This document shows, piece after piece, positions 10,041 through 21,067 of a DNA stretch of 64,000 bases. The stretch's first letter is position 1. Each line of letters opens with the position of its first letter. Source of the stretch: Candidatus Latescibacterota bacterium (GTDB lineage Bacteria; Latescibacterota; CBDEFO01); assembly GCA_965248755.1 (NCBI GenBank), contig OZ252149.1, forward strand, positions 864,001-928,000. Direction: 5' to 3'. The notes beneath the pieces are model-generated. The model ran no database searches. It was not told the origin of the DNA and saw only the letters and a program-made list of their open reading frames with translations. Position numbers and translations under genes: made by a program.

Positions 10041-10256
10041 GTCGCAACCTCTTCCAAGGTCGTAACCTCTTCCAAGGTCGTAACCTCTTCCAAGGTCGTA
10101 ACCTCTTCCAAGGTCGTAACCTCTTCCAAGGTCGTAACCTCTTCCAAGGTCGTAACCTCTTCCAAGGTCGTAACCTCTTCCAAGGTCGTAACCTCTTCCA
10201 AGGTCGTAGCCTCTTCCAAGGTCGTAGCCTCTTCCAAGGTCGTAGCCTCTTCCGAG
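10041..10256. repeat. Tandem repeat, 12 x 18 bp (GTCGTARCCTCTTCCAAG)
   Basis: Head-to-tail units with no spacers; units 2-9 carry GTAACC, units 10-12 carry GTAGCC, unit 1 carries GCAACC. Confidence 0.97.
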
Positions 10257-10585
10257 CCAACTTTATGTTGTTTCACCAGCGCGTTCTCATATTATATATA
10301 CAACTTATTGATAGAGATCATACTTAAATCCATTTTCCCCTTGTCAGATAAACTCACAAACAGTATATTAAGTCTCTTTGAAGGGCGCAGCATATTTTTC
10401 TAGATATAGCTAAGAAGACTTGCCGCGGAAGGACCAAACAATTGAAAAAACTTAACGAGGCGTTGCTATGGTAAAAATTGATGTCTCAAAGTTTAAGCAG
10501 AGTCGAAAGGCGAATGCAGGAGAGGCTTAGCCTAAATCTTAACCTTCGCCTACCTTTACCGGGAGCGTGACCCGGGAGCGTGAGA

Positions 10586-10744
10586 ATGATGATTTCTTCA
10601 ATCGACGCTTATTCACCGCGACAGATCGCGCAGAAGGTCGAAGCCTTGGGAGTGACAAAAGCTCGGAGCGATACCTTAAGCATATTAGTCTTGGCTGTGC
10701 TGGCTGGCCTGTCTGCGCCAGGGAGCAGGAAAGGAAAGTGCTGA
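10586..10744 (+). pseudogene. N-terminal remnant of a formate/nitrite transporter (FNT family)
   Basis: Manual translation ISSIDAYSPRQIAQKVEALGVTKARSDTLSILVLAVLAG resembles the FNT N-terminus; truncated after about 40 codons. Confidence 0.6.
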
Positions 10745-10924
10745 TGCCTCAGTCGGCACGTGAGACCCTTTGTCTTATTGCAAAATCGAGTCAGGCACAA
10801 AGATATTAAAACGTAGTACCTCGTGTCACACTCCTGTATCCCCCCTTAATAAGGGGGGAATTAAAGGGGGGTCGCTAACTTTAGCGTTGATAAAAAATCA
10901 ACAATTTAGAAGCAGGAGTTGCAT

Positions 10925-12229
10925 ATGTCCACTCTGCCAGCTTTACTCTATGAGACTGTTCACTTACTTCGCAAGGATCAGCTCGATCTGCTTACATATA
11001 TAGATCAGGTTTGCGATCGGATCGACGCTGTCGAACCTCAAATTCAGGCGATGATTTCTGAGCCGAATCGACGTGCTCGTTTAATGGAGGAGGCTGCTTC
11101 GCTAAAGGAGCGTTTCCCTGATCTGGAGATGCGCCCGCAACTTTACGGCATCCCAGTCGGGATCAAGGATATTTTTCATGTGGATGGTTTCGCAACCAAA
11201 GCCGGATCGAAGCTCCCGGCGGAACTCTTTGCCGGCCCTGATGCGGCCTGCGTGGCGACCCTGCGCTCTGCTGGTGCGCTGATTTTAGGTAAAACCGTTA
11301 CCACCGAGTTTGCCTACTTCGAGCCCGGTCCGACCCGTAATCCGCACGACCTTGATCATACCCCCGGAGGATCCAGCAGCGGATCTGCCGCGGCTGTTGC
11401 TGCAGGCTACTGCCCTCTGGCGCTCGGAACGCAGACCATCGGTTCAGTGATTCGTCCAGCCGCCTACTGCGGGATAGTCGGCTTCAAGCCGAGCTTCGGC
11501 CGCATCGCCACTGTTGGCGTGATCCCCTTTTCCAAGTCAGTCGATCATGTCGGCATTTTCACACAGGATGTGGCCGGTATGAGGCTGGCTGCGTCGATTC
11601 TCTGTAACGATTGGCGGGCAGATCGGGAGGATGTTCGGTCCTTCACACTGCCGGTGCTCGGCGTCCCAGAAGGACCTTATCTGGACCAGGCATCATCCGA
11701 GGCGTTGACCGCTTTCGAAGCACAGCTTTCATCGTTCGAAAGAGCCGGTTACTCCGTGCGGCGCGTGGCGGCGCTTGGTGATATTGAGACGATCTCCCAC
11801 CGCCATCGGCAGATGATCGCCGCTGAGGTTTCAAAGGTGCACAACGAGTGGTTTCCAAAGTACGAGCCGCTCTATCGTCCTCGCACGGCCGAGATTATCC
11901 GGCAGGGGCGTAAAGTGAGCGCTGATGAATTGGCAGAAGCCCGCGCCGGGCGCGGTATACTGCGAGATGAGTTAGAGGCACTAATGGCAGAGGTCGGGAT
12001 TGACTTATGGGTCTGTCCCGCTGCCCCTGGTCCTGCACCGGAGGGAATCGGCTCTACTGGCGACCCGGCCATGAATCTGCCCTGGACTCATGCGGGCCTG
12101 CCTGCTATCACACTTCCTGCAGGGTTATCCGAAAATGGTCTTCCGCTCGGACTGCAATTTGCCGCTCCTTTCATGGCGGACGAACGCCTGCTGGCCTGGG
12201 CTGAGGCGTTAGCCAGAATATTCGATTAG
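10925..12229 (+). CDS. Amidase (amidase-signature family)
   Basis: GIPVGIKD, TPGGSSSGSAAAVA, GTQTIGSVIRPAAYCG. Confidence 0.93.
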   Translation: MSTLPALLYETVHLLRKDQLDLLTYIDQVCDRIDAVEPQIQAMISEPNRRARLMEEAASLKERFPDLEMRPQLYGIPVGIKDIFHVDGFATKAGSKLPAELFAGPDAACVATLRSAGALILGKTVTTEFAYFEPGPTRNPHDLDHTPGGSSSGSAAAVAAGYCPLALGTQTIGSVIRPAAYCGIVGFKPSFGRIATVGVIPFSKSVDHVGIFTQDVAGMRLAASILCNDWRADREDVRSFTLPVLGVPEGPYLDQASSEALTAFEAQLSSFERAGYSVRRVAALGDIETISHRHRQMIAAEVSKVHNEWFPKYEPLYRPRTAEIIRQGRKVSADELAEARAGRGILRDELEALMAEVGIDLWVCPAAPGPAPEGIGSTGDPAMNLPWTHAGLPAITLPAGLSENGLPLGLQFAAPFMADERLLAWAEALARIFD

Positions 12230-12559
12230 AACGACATCATACTGCTTTCCTGTAAAGGATCAATTCGGGCATGCCAGAAACAAAACGACACAGAAATTAG
12301 AGTGCGCCCTGACCATCCGCGTCCAGAAAGATCGTCCGGCATCTGAACGGATTGAGCTGACCAGACTGGGAAAGATCCAGGGATTACGAGGCTAACGCCT
12401 CAGGCTGTATCCGGATTATCTTTGGGTCGTAACTTAAACAGCGAAAGCGATAGACGGACTTATTGGATAGTTACTTAAGGTGCTGTAATCAGTCACATTG
12501 GGCAGAGTGCAGATTAGGTAAACAAATCACGTTATCAGAGTAATAATTAAATCCCGGAA

Positions 12560-13029
12560 CTGAGGATAAGAATCGATCATTAAGTCTCTCTCCTGCTTCG
12601 TAGTCGGAAAACTCAATTCCCGGCGCAATCGTCGCGCCCAACAGGGCGAATCTCCCTCCGGGGATGAGCCTCGATCCCTGACATACTCCGCTCGGCACTA
12701 CAACTTGCGGATAGCATACCCTTCAAGATGTCGTTCCCAAGTGTGATGACTCTGCCAGATCCATCAGGCATCAGTTGAAGCATCTCGACCGGGTCGCCCA
12801 TATAAAAGTGGAAAATCTCGTCCGTCGGGAGTCGGTGCATGGCGGAGAGGGTATCGGATGTCAGCAGATAGTAGATCGCAGTTGCAAACGATCTATCACC
12901 TTCATAGCGATTCGGAAGGGCATTTTGAGGGATGTGCTCATCAGAGCGGTAGGTCTCAACGAAGTAGCCGCCTTCTTCTGGATGCGGCTTAAGATTAAGC
13001 TGCCGCTGTAACTGCTCGGCTGTGATCAT
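12560..13029 (-). pseudogene. Cupin (DUF985/cupin_5 family), frameshifted
   Basis: LKPHPEEGGYF, TAIYYLL, HRLPTDEIFHFYMGDP; the C-terminal part PSGVCQGSRL...APGIEFSDYE lies in another frame (shift near 12710). 3' end approximate. Confidence 0.8.
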
Positions 13030-13214
13030 GGGAACGACGGAAACCGACAAGAATGTCTGTCCCACCAATTAGAGTGGGGCGGGGCTGCCCCACCCCCACT
13101 TAAATCGCTTAAGAATAGAGGTAGTTAGGACTGGCTTTGAGATTACGAGTTAAAACATCTTCAAAAGGTTTTCAAGTGGTCGATGAAGCAGCAAGCCACA
13201 AAGCTTCAGGCAGT

Positions 13215-14561
13215 TCATATCCCGACTTTAAGCTCCATCGAGAAATTGATCCCGTTCGCCTGATTGGGAGTCGCGCCGCCTCGCTGGACGATTGCAAGGT
13301 CGAAAGTGATCAACTTCCTTCCGAATCCCAATCCGAGTCCGAGGTCGAAGTTGCTCTTTCCCCCGAGGGATATTCCTCCCCTTAAAGGCAGCCACGTGAG
13401 GGGCCTGAACTCCGCTCCCCCGGAGAGCTTCGGAGTTGTAGTGGATCCCGGCTCGTCGGAGAATCCCTGCTCGTAGTCCACAGCCCAGAGCACCTTGGAA
13501 TACTGATACGCCGCGCCTAATCTCAATATAGTCGGAAAGTTACTATCAAAGGAATCTATCACAATCGTAGTGTCACTCTTGTCGAATAGATCCTCAAACT
13601 TGTCCACATCGCTGATCTTTGTGACGGTCAGAGAATCTACAAAGATCTTTCCTTTTACCTCCTCTGTGTCCTTGTTCCAGGAGATAGTCCCGAACAGATT
13701 TATTAAAGAACCGCCGAACGTCCATCTATCTCTCGTCGCCGCGACTCCTAAATCCAGGGCAAAGCCCGTTCCGCCCTGTGCGATCTGAGCTATTACCTCA
13801 GCAGAATCCGTTCCGCCCTCTGCTCCGGCAATCTTGATCCCCTCCTCCAAGGTGGATAGAGTGCCTTCGGATTTGAGCACCTTACCGTAGCCAAAGCCCT
13901 TGAGTATCTTTACAGTTCCTCCAACTGTGAACTCGTCGAAGATGGGCGCCAAAGAGGCTATCTGGAGCGGTCTGGCTCCTGACAGGGCTATGCTGGCGAG
14001 GGCCCATCCCTCGCCTTCGACATCGCCTAAGCTGGTCGTGTCGTTGAAGGTATTTCCGAACAGAAATATCTCAAATGGTTCCTTGGGAATAGCGGCATCT
14101 CCAGCTCCTACTCCCGAGAATCTAATAGCGTAGGAATCGTAGGAAAGAGACAGTATACTGGCTTCTACATCCAAATCTATGCCAAGACCCTCGTCGGGAA
14201 TCTTATCCAAAATTGTCCTTTTATCCGATTCGGTCCACTGGGGGGTATCTAATTTGTCCCTGACCTTCTTGTCACCGTTGTACTTACGGTAATCATCCGG
14301 CGAAAACGAGTCGTTGTGGATTCCAAAGCCAAAGGAGAAGATGGAAATAGAGAACTTGGTATCGCTTTTCAGCGCTAAATTAGCGGGATTCCATCCGATG
14401 GCGTGGATGTTCCTCCCCACTGCGGTGTAGGCCCCGCCCATAGCCTGACTCCTGGGGTTAAACCCCTCAAGAGAGAACGCGTCATCGGAGGAGAGGATTC
14501 CGATTGTCAAAAGGAGGCTAAAGACTACACGCTTTAGTACACGTAATCGTAATTTTTCCAT
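13215..14561 (-). CDS. Outer-membrane beta-barrel protein (FadL/TraF/DUF5723-like)
   Basis: Signal peptide; RSQAMGGAYTAV...WNPANL; amphipathic strands; GFALDLG; ILRLGAAY. Confidence 0.7.
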   Translation of the reverse strand: MEKLRLRVLKRVVFSLLLTIGILSSDDAFSLEGFNPRSQAMGGAYTAVGRNIHAIGWNPANLALKSDTKFSISIFSFGFGIHNDSFSPDDYRKYNGDKKVRDKLDTPQWTESDKRTILDKIPDEGLGIDLDVEASILSLSYDSYAIRFSGVGAGDAAIPKEPFEIFLFGNTFNDTTSLGDVEGEGWALASIALSGARPLQIASLAPIFDEFTVGGTVKILKGFGYGKVLKSEGTLSTLEEGIKIAGAEGGTDSAEVIAQIAQGGTGFALDLGVAATRDRWTFGGSLINLFGTISWNKDTEEVKGKIFVDSLTVTKISDVDKFEDLFDKSDTTIVIDSFDSNFPTILRLGAAYQYSKVLWAVDYEQGFSDEPGSTTTPKLSGGAEFRPLTWLPLRGGISLGGKSNFDLGLGLGFGRKLITFDLAIVQRGGATPNQANGINFSMELKVGI

Positions 14562-14577
14562 ATCGATCTCCTATTTC

Positions 14578-14642
14578 GTAGGGGCGAGGTTAACTCGCCC
14601 AAGGGCTGCCTCCGATAGATTCAATCGGGGGCCAGCCCCTAC
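14578..14642. repeat. GTAG-type REP-like element containing a 21-bp palindrome copy (14610-14630)
   Basis: GTAGGGGCGAGGTTAACTCGCCC...GCCAGCCCCTAC with CTCCGATAGATTCAATCGGGG inside. Confidence 0.75.
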
Positions 14643-14647
14643 ATTTA

Positions 14648-16745
14648 TTATTTCGTCTCTAATAGATCCTCATCTATCAGAATTTCTATTTCGGCACGCG
14701 CCCTTACCTGCACCTGATCGGTGTTAAGGACAGCTATGTTTCCATCTGTCTTTGGAATGGTGATCAGGACAGCCGAAAAGAGCGGAAGCTTCGTAAATAT
14801 GTCTATATCGTTCTTGTTAAGCGTAAATTCTATGTGACTCGACACAGGGATATGCCGCCCTGTCTCCGGATCCACCTCTTGTGCCGCTGCCACTACTATC
14901 GGCCCTTCCTTCAGGGATGACCAATTCCGGATCTGAAAAGATCTTTGTCGTGTCGTGAGCTATATTTATCTGCACACCTATGCCCAGCGGAAGAGAGTTG
15001 TCCACATCCGCAACTATAGAGCCACTTAACACATTTTCCCTGATCTTATTGCGGGATTCTTCGTCTTTAATGCTGACGTCCTCAGGGTCGACTTCTATAC
15101 GCGTAGTATCCGTGATTGTCAAACTTAAAGGAGTGCTGAATTTGAATCTGCCGGAAACTACGTCGTCCTTATTTATGGTCACTTCTGTGAAGCCATCTCC
15201 TAACAGAGCCATTCCTGATGCCTCAACATCTGTAGGGAGAAGATTTAAGAAGGCTGCCACGTCCGGTCCTGCCACAGTCAAGGTAGTATCCCCTGGACCT
15301 ATTGTTTCATCTATTATCAGGAAACCTTCGTTTCCTCCTTTGTTGGTCCCCTTGACTGTCAGATCCAAACTCAGCGGAAGCCCGAACGGTCCGTTGTTTT
15401 TAAAAAAACTCAATACGAATGAAGCCGTCTCGAACTGCACATTGTCCAGCCCATCGGGGATATCTATGTCCCCCTTTTTAGTCTCGGGAATCTCCACTTC
15501 TAGTCCGGCGGGTTTCCCGCTTACCTCGTCAAAGATAATCTTGCTCGGCTCTGATGTCACCGTTACAAAGTCCCCTCTGCTTAAAGTCCTGAACTCCTCT
15601 CCTGTATCCTCAGTTAACACATCCCACTGGACCCTTATAGCATCGGATTGGAGAGGGGCAAAAACGGTATTGTCCAGTACTATATTCTGAGTCCGTGTAA
15701 CGTTCCTTTCAAAGGACAGATCAACCGACAGTACCGCACCGTCTTTTTCAAAGTCGGGAAATTGTACTATGAACCTCTCCACGCCTATGGGCAATCGGTT
15801 GACGATCTCTAAGGATATACTTCCCGAACCGATCACGGCTCTGGTCACGAATATGTCGGGCACACTTATAGTCGTGCTCCCATCAAACTCCTGTTGGGGT
15901 ATCTTGGCACTTGCACTGTCAACCTGAAGCGCCGTGATGAAAGTCTCCACCACGAAGGAACTCTCCAGTAGATCTGGCTCTCCAAGATCGACGGTAGCTT
16001 CGGGTATCTCTGCATCTATGAAGATCGAAAGATCATTGGTAAAAGTCTTTCCTGCAAGGTCCAGCCGACTGGTATCCGATCCCCCTGGCGGTATCACCTC
16101 GTTAAACCCGACTGTGCCTATAGTATCTGTCGATATATCGTCTATAAGATCGATAGTAATCCTGCCCAGAGGGATGATCAAATTGTTCCTGACCGTTATA
16201 TCGATTTTGTTTATATCTTCCTCTTCGCTGCTACTGAGGGCCACAAATTCGTACTCGTCGAATTCTCCAAGATCTCTGTCGATCTGGAACGTAAGGCGGG
16301 GCACCGGAACGCTACCTGTTAAAAGTGGGTTTTCTAATATTTCCACCACTTCGGAAGGAGCTATCTCTCTCAACGTGATGGCGGGCGTGCTCCGTGCGCC
16401 AGGGGAATCGACCTTAAAGTCGCCAAGGTCAGTGCGTTCGTCCACACGCGGCGGTTCTATGGAGAGATCGTCTCCCACTTCATACGGGTCAATGTCCCGC
16501 TCTATTGCAAAGGTAACAATGTCGCCCGAAAGGGTCAGAAAGTCAGGGTTGTCCTCAACGATCTCCTCCATCGTTTGGATTTTATCTGTGATCGGGACCG
16601 TGATGGTCACATTGAACGAAGGTGCTTGGGGCTTCTCGGTCAGAGCGCATCCGATCCCAAGAAGCACAAACATAATAAGGACAGCAGAAAGGCAAGTCGA
16701 ACGTCGACTCCGTGTTGACATCCTTGCGTAATCTTTCTCCCTCAC
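14648..16745 (-). pseudogene. Large acidic beta-rich lipoprotein, frameshifted near its C-terminus
   Basis: Lipobox LLGIGC; the 642-aa ORF ends in out-of-frame-looking residues and the 14648-14893 ORF continues the same composition; directly upstream of the beta-barrel gene. Confidence 0.6.
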
Positions 16746-16764
16746 TGTAAGTTCCTCCTTTTAA

Positions 16765-16823
16765 GTGGGGGCAAACCCATGTGTTCGCCCAACTTATCAG
16801 GGCACAAACGGGTCTGCCTCTGC
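16765..16823. repeat. Degenerate REP-like palindrome
   Basis: GTGGGGGCAAACCCATGTGTTCGCCC...GGGCACAAACGGGTCTGCCTCTGC downstream of ahcY. Confidence 0.5.
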
Positions 16824-16841
16824 TGTTTGCAGTCTACCTCT

Positions 16842-18092
16842 TTAAGTTCCTTCCGTCCACGAGTTTAGATACTTTTCCTGTTCAGGTGTCAGACTATCTA
16901 TCTCTATCCCCATAGCCTCCAGTTGCAGTCTTGCCACTTGGTCGTCTATCTCATCGGGTAGGCGATAGACTTTCGGCTCGAGCTTGCCCTTATTCTCAAC
17001 GCCATACTCTATACCCAATGCTTGATCGCAGAAGGAAAGTGCCATCACTGCAGAAGGGTGTCCCTCAGCGCACGAAAGGTTTACGAGTCTGCCTTCTCCA
17101 CACAGATAGATCGACTTGCCATCTACGCTGTACTCCTCAAAGAGCGGTCTGACCTCCTTTACATTAGTGGCCATCTCTTTTAGGCCCTCTACGTCTATCT
17201 CATTGTCAAAGTGTCCTGAATTGGCCAAAATTACGCCGTCCTTCATGTCCTTTATGTGATCTTTGGCGATGACCTTCGAATTCCCCGTCACCGTCACAAA
17301 GATATCCCCTACATTGGCCGCCTCGGCGATGGGCATCACGCGGAAGCCGTCCATCCTGGCCTGAAGCGCTCTGAAGGGGTCAACCTCGCATACGATAACA
17401 TCGGCTCCTAGACCCTTGCCTCTTAAGGCCAATCCCTTGCCGCAGTTTCCGTATCCTGCTATCACCATAGTCGTCCCGCTGATCAGGATGTTGCATGCCC
17501 TTATTATCCCGTCCAGCGTGGATTGACCAGTTCCGTAGTAGTTGTCCATCAGGTGTTTGGTATTGCAGTCGTTTACGGCTATTATCGGATACTTCAAAGC
17601 GCCGTCCCGCTCCATCGCCCTCAGGCGTACGATCCCCGTAGTCGTCTCCTCACAACCGCATACGATTTCGGGCAGGGCTTCTTGACGCTTGGTATGTATC
17701 TCGGTGACAAGGTCGCAGCCGTCGTCTATTGTCACGTTCGGCTTAAAGTCGATAATTTCGTTTATGAAGGTGTAGTACTCCTCTGAGGTTTCGCCCTTAT
17801 GCGCAAAGACGATTACACCCTCCTTAGCCAGGGCAGCTGCCACATCGTCCTGGGTAGACAGCGGATTGCAGCTTGTTATCGCCACATCTGCTCCGCCTGC
17901 TATAAGTGTCCTGACGAGGACTGCCGTCTCCTTGGTGACATGGAGCGCCATTCCAATTCTGTATCCCAAAAGCGGCTTTTCCCTTTCAAATCTCTCCCTT
18001 ATCCTTAAAAGTGCGCCCATTTGCTTTTCAGCCCACTCCACGTTTTTCATTCCCTGTTCGGCTAAGCTTATGTCCTTAACTCTATAAGTCAT
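16842..18092 (-). CDS. ahcY: Adenosylhomocysteinase
   Basis: SCNPLSTQD, EETTTG, DNYYGTGQS, GYGNCGKG, NSGHFD, CAEGHP. Confidence 0.97.
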   Translation of the reverse strand: MTYRVKDISLAEQGMKNVEWAEKQMGALLRIRERFEREKPLLGYRIGMALHVTKETAVLVRTLIAGGADVAITSCNPLSTQDDVAAALAKEGVIVFAHKGETSEEYYTFINEIIDFKPNVTIDDGCDLVTEIHTKRQEALPEIVCGCEETTTGIVRLRAMERDGALKYPIIAVNDCNTKHLMDNYYGTGQSTLDGIIRACNILISGTTMVIAGYGNCGKGLALRGKGLGADVIVCEVDPFRALQARMDGFRVMPIAEAANVGDIFVTVTGNSKVIAKDHIKDMKDGVILANSGHFDNEIDVEGLKEMATNVKEVRPLFEEYSVDGKSIYLCGEGRLVNLSCAEGHPSAVMALSFCDQALGIEYGVENKGKLEPKVYRLPDEIDDQVARLQLEAMGIEIDSLTPEQEKYLNSWTEGT

Positions 18093-18120
18093 TGCTTCTC
18101 CTCACACAAAAGTACTGATC

Positions 18121-18155
18121 CGTCAGACAGGACAAGCTCCCTTCCCTGTCTGACG
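18121..18155. other. 11-bp stem hairpin between metK and ahcY
   Basis: CGTCAGACAGG ... CCTGTCTGACG; no clear adjacent U tract. Confidence 0.5.
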
Positions 18156-18160
18156 TCTGC

Positions 18161-19342
18161 TTATCCACTGTACGCTGGAAGCTGTGCGCTTTCTCTGAGA
18201 GCTTCTGTCTTATCTGTCTTCTCCCAGGTGAAATCGGGCAGATTCCTTCCGAAGTGCCCGTAGGCGGACGTCTGCCTGTATATAGGCCTTATTAGATCTA
18301 AAGACTCGATTATCCCTTTAGGGGTAAGGGAAAAGTGTTCCCTTACCAGTTGGGATATCTTGGAGTCCTGGATGGCTCCTGTCCCGAACGAATCCACATT
18401 TATACTCACAGGCTCAGCTACACCTATCGCGTAGGCCAACTGAACCTCGGCTCTGGTTGCCAGCCCTGCTGCTACTATATTCTTGGCGACATATCTGGCA
18501 GCGTAGCTTGCACATCTGTCCACTTTAGTGGGGTCTTTGCCGGAGAAGGCTCCGCCGCCGTGCCTGCTCATACCTCCGTAGGTATCAACGATGATCTTCC
18601 TTCCCGTAAGCCCTGTATCCCCATGCGGTCCTCCCGTGACGAATCTGCCGGTCGGATTGATATGGTAAATCGAATCTCCATCCAGATATTCCTCAGCTAT
18701 GATCTCCTTGATCACATGTTCGATCATGTCGGACCTGATCTGGTCGTGTCCCAAATCTGGGTCGTGCTGGGTAGATATAACTACAGTATGGACTCTGACA
18801 GGCCTATCGCCTTCGTACTCAACTGTCACCTGCGATTTGCTATCAGGCCTCAAATAGGGCAGTATTTTATCTTTTCTCAAGTAGGCAAGGTGCATAAGCA
18901 GCTTATGAGCCAGCATGATCGGAAGGGGCATGAGCTCTTCTGTCTCGTTGCAGGCGTAGCCGTACATCATCCCTTGATCTCCCGCGCCCTGATCCTTGTG
19001 AAGTCCCTCTCCTTCGGACACGCCCTGAGATATGTCCGCTGATTGCCTACCTATGCTCTGAACGATAGCACAACTTTCATAATCAAGACCGTAGTTGGAA
19101 TCGGTGTATCCTATATCCTTTATCGTATCCCTCACGATAAGTGGTATATCTACCCACGTATCCGTGGTTACTTCTCCGGTCACAAATACTATCCCCGTCG
19201 TCACTAAAGTCTCACACGCCACCCGGGCTTTTAGATCCTTCTCAATAATAGCGTCTAAGACAGTGTCGGATATCTGGTCGGCTATCTTATCGGGATGTCC
19301 CTCCGAGACTGACTCAGACGTGAATAGACGGCGATTTAGCAT
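18161..19342 (-). CDS. metK: S-adenosylmethionine synthetase
   Basis: [28 protein letters not shown]. Confidence 0.98.
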   Translation of the reverse strand: MLNRRLFTSESVSEGHPDKIADQISDTVLDAIIEKDLKARVACETLVTTGIVFVTGEVTTDTWVDIPLIVRDTIKDIGYTDSNYGLDYESCAIVQSIGRQSADISQGVSEGEGLHKDQGAGDQGMMYGYACNETEELMPLPIMLAHKLLMHLAYLRKDKILPYLRPDSKSQVTVEYEGDRPVRVHTVVISTQHDPDLGHDQIRSDMIEHVIKEIIAEEYLDGDSIYHINPTGRFVTGGPHGDTGLTGRKIIVDTYGGMSRHGGGAFSGKDPTKVDRCASYAARYVAKNIVAAGLATRAEVQLAYAIGVAEPVSINVDSFGTGAIQDSKISQLVREHFSLTPKGIIESLDLIRPIYRQTSAYGHFGRNLPDFTWEKTDKTEALRESAQLPAYSG

Positions 19343-19458
19343 TAAGCGTTCCTTTTCTCCCCAAAAAGTTCTTCGATACTCTTTGTTTGAAAGTTTCTAT
19401 CAACAATAGGGATGTTTATCCCTCATATATCCATCAAGAGCTACCGCACACAATTGCA

Positions 19459-20463
19459 TCAATGGAAATCTATCTGGGATGCATCGCCCACATTTAGCTT
19501 TTTAGATCCTCCTCTGACCGTTGCCTCGTTCCCTATTAAAGAGCCCTCTAAAACGCAGTCCCGAACTATGGAGTTTTCGCTGATTATCGAGTTCCGTACT
19601 ATAGAAGACTCCACATAAGCCCCGTCGGCTATGGAGACGTAAGGACCTATAATTGAATTTTCTATTTTTGTACTCTCTGATGTAAAGACAGGATGCACTA
19701 TGATCGATCCCGGGATCTGTCTTGACTTTGAATTCAAGGATAATAGATGTCTATTGGTCTCTAAAAGCGTCTCCGGCTTTCCGCAGTCGAACCAGTCCTC
19801 GATGGGAAAGATCGAAAGGATGGCGCCTCTTTCTACCATAAGCCCAAAGGCGTCTGTCAGCTGGTATTCTCCTTTTGTCGTTACGTTCTCCTTTAAGAGT
19901 TCCTCCAGGCACTCAAAAAGGAGCCCTGAACTCTTAATATAGTTCACACCTACAATGGCAAGGTCTGATACGAACTTATCGGGCTTTTCCACAAGCCGCC
20001 TGATCTTGTTGTCCCCATCCAATTGGACTACTCCGAACCTGTGGGGATTCTCGACGCGCTTTACCCCGATCATGCCGTCGAATCTGTTGTCTATGCCGAC
20101 TGTTATGTCGCCCTCAGTTATGGTATCCCCATAGACTATAAGACATGGATCTTCGCCAACTATCTTTTCTGTCAGTCCCACAGCGTGTCCCAGTCCTTTC
20201 ATCTCCTCCTGCTCCACATACTTCGTCTTTTCAAAGCTGTAATTAGTTTCCAAATAGTCTGCTATCTTACCTCCCATATAGCCTATTATGAGTACGACCT
20301 TCCTTATTCCTGCCTTTGACAGTTTGTCCAGAATATGGCCAATTATCGGTTTTCCGGCTACTTGTACTAACGCCTTTGGAGCTGTATGAGTAAGGGGGCG
20401 AAGACGCGTCCCCACTCCTGCGGCAGGGATAACCGCCCATATATTTGATGCATTGGGAATCAT
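19459..20463 (-). CDS. Sugar-phosphate nucleotidyltransferase (long-form glucose-1-phosphate thymidylyltransferase-like)
   Basis: AAGVGTRLRPLT...PK, VEKP, WFDCG, C-terminal hexapeptide repeats; start uncertain. Confidence 0.88.
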   Translation of the reverse strand: MIPNASNIWAVIPAAGVGTRLRPLTHTAPKALVQVAGKPIIGHILDKLSKAGIRKVVLIIGYMGGKIADYLETNYSFEKTKYVEQEEMKGLGHAVGLTEKIVGEDPCLIVYGDTITEGDITVGIDNRFDGMIGVKRVENPHRFGVVQLDGDNKIRRLVEKPDKFVSDLAIVGVNYIKSSGLLFECLEELLKENVTTKGEYQLTDAFGLMVERGAILSIFPIEDWFDCGKPETLLETNRHLLSLNSKSRQIPGSIIVHPVFTSESTKIENSIIGPYVSIADGAYVESSIVRNSIISENSIVRDCVLEGSLIGNEATVRGGSKKLNVGDASQIDFH

Positions 20464-20550
20464 ATTTATATTTTGTTCCTTGACAAACGCACTGACTAAA
20501 TACGGGTTTAAGCGGATCTTGGATGTGATATACGTCACACTATAAAAGCT

Positions 20551-20817
20551 TTACTCCTCTCCAAATCCGCTTTCCACAATAGCCACAAGTTCCTTTACCG
20601 CCTCCTCCTCGTCAGGGCCTCTGGCCATTATGGTCAGCTCAGAGCCCATCTCAGCCGCCAGCATCATAACCCCCATAATGCTCTTGCCATTGACCTCTAC
20701 GTATTCCTTAGAGACCATAATTTCAGAATCGAACTTCGAAGCCGCCTGAACCAATAGTGCGGCAGGACGGGCGTGTATGCCTAATTTATTGTTTACTATA
20801 GCAGTTCCCTGCTGCAT
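20551..20817 (-). CDS. ptsH: Phosphocarrier protein HPr
   Basis: GIHARPA and NGKSIMGVMML motifs, 88 aa. Confidence 0.95.
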   Translation of the reverse strand: MQQGTAIVNNKLGIHARPAALLVQAASKFDSEIMVSKEYVEVNGKSIMGVMMLAAEMGSELTIMARGPDEEEAVKELVAIVESGFGEE

Positions 20818-21067
20818 AAACTCCTCTATAATTGTCCCTTTATACTCTCATCAATTTAAGCTAAACCGTTCTGTTTGTCAAGTAAATTCCTCTTTATCTA
20901 CAACTTACTATCCTGGGGCACGTCCGCTCAAATTGCCGATCGTCAGTGTAAGTTATCTAAAAAGTGGTTGATTTTAGGAAATTAATTGACTATTATTTGG
21001 TCTGACCCGTCAGAACCCATATTGAGCATAAAGTAGAAATAACCGGATCGTATCTGAAGGAGTACAG

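Noticed and set aside
10041..10256. CRISPR array
   Set aside because: Units are contiguous with no unique spacers, and no cas genes are present.
10838..10871. CCCCCTT...AAGGGGGG palindrome, and similar short hairpins at about 13035-13100 and 24970-25005
   Set aside because: Single degenerate REP-like hairpins unrelated to the 21-mer, with too little support to define a family here.
18095..18160. SAH or SAM riboswitch before ahcY
   Set aside because: Only a simple hairpin; the conserved riboswitch core is not evident.
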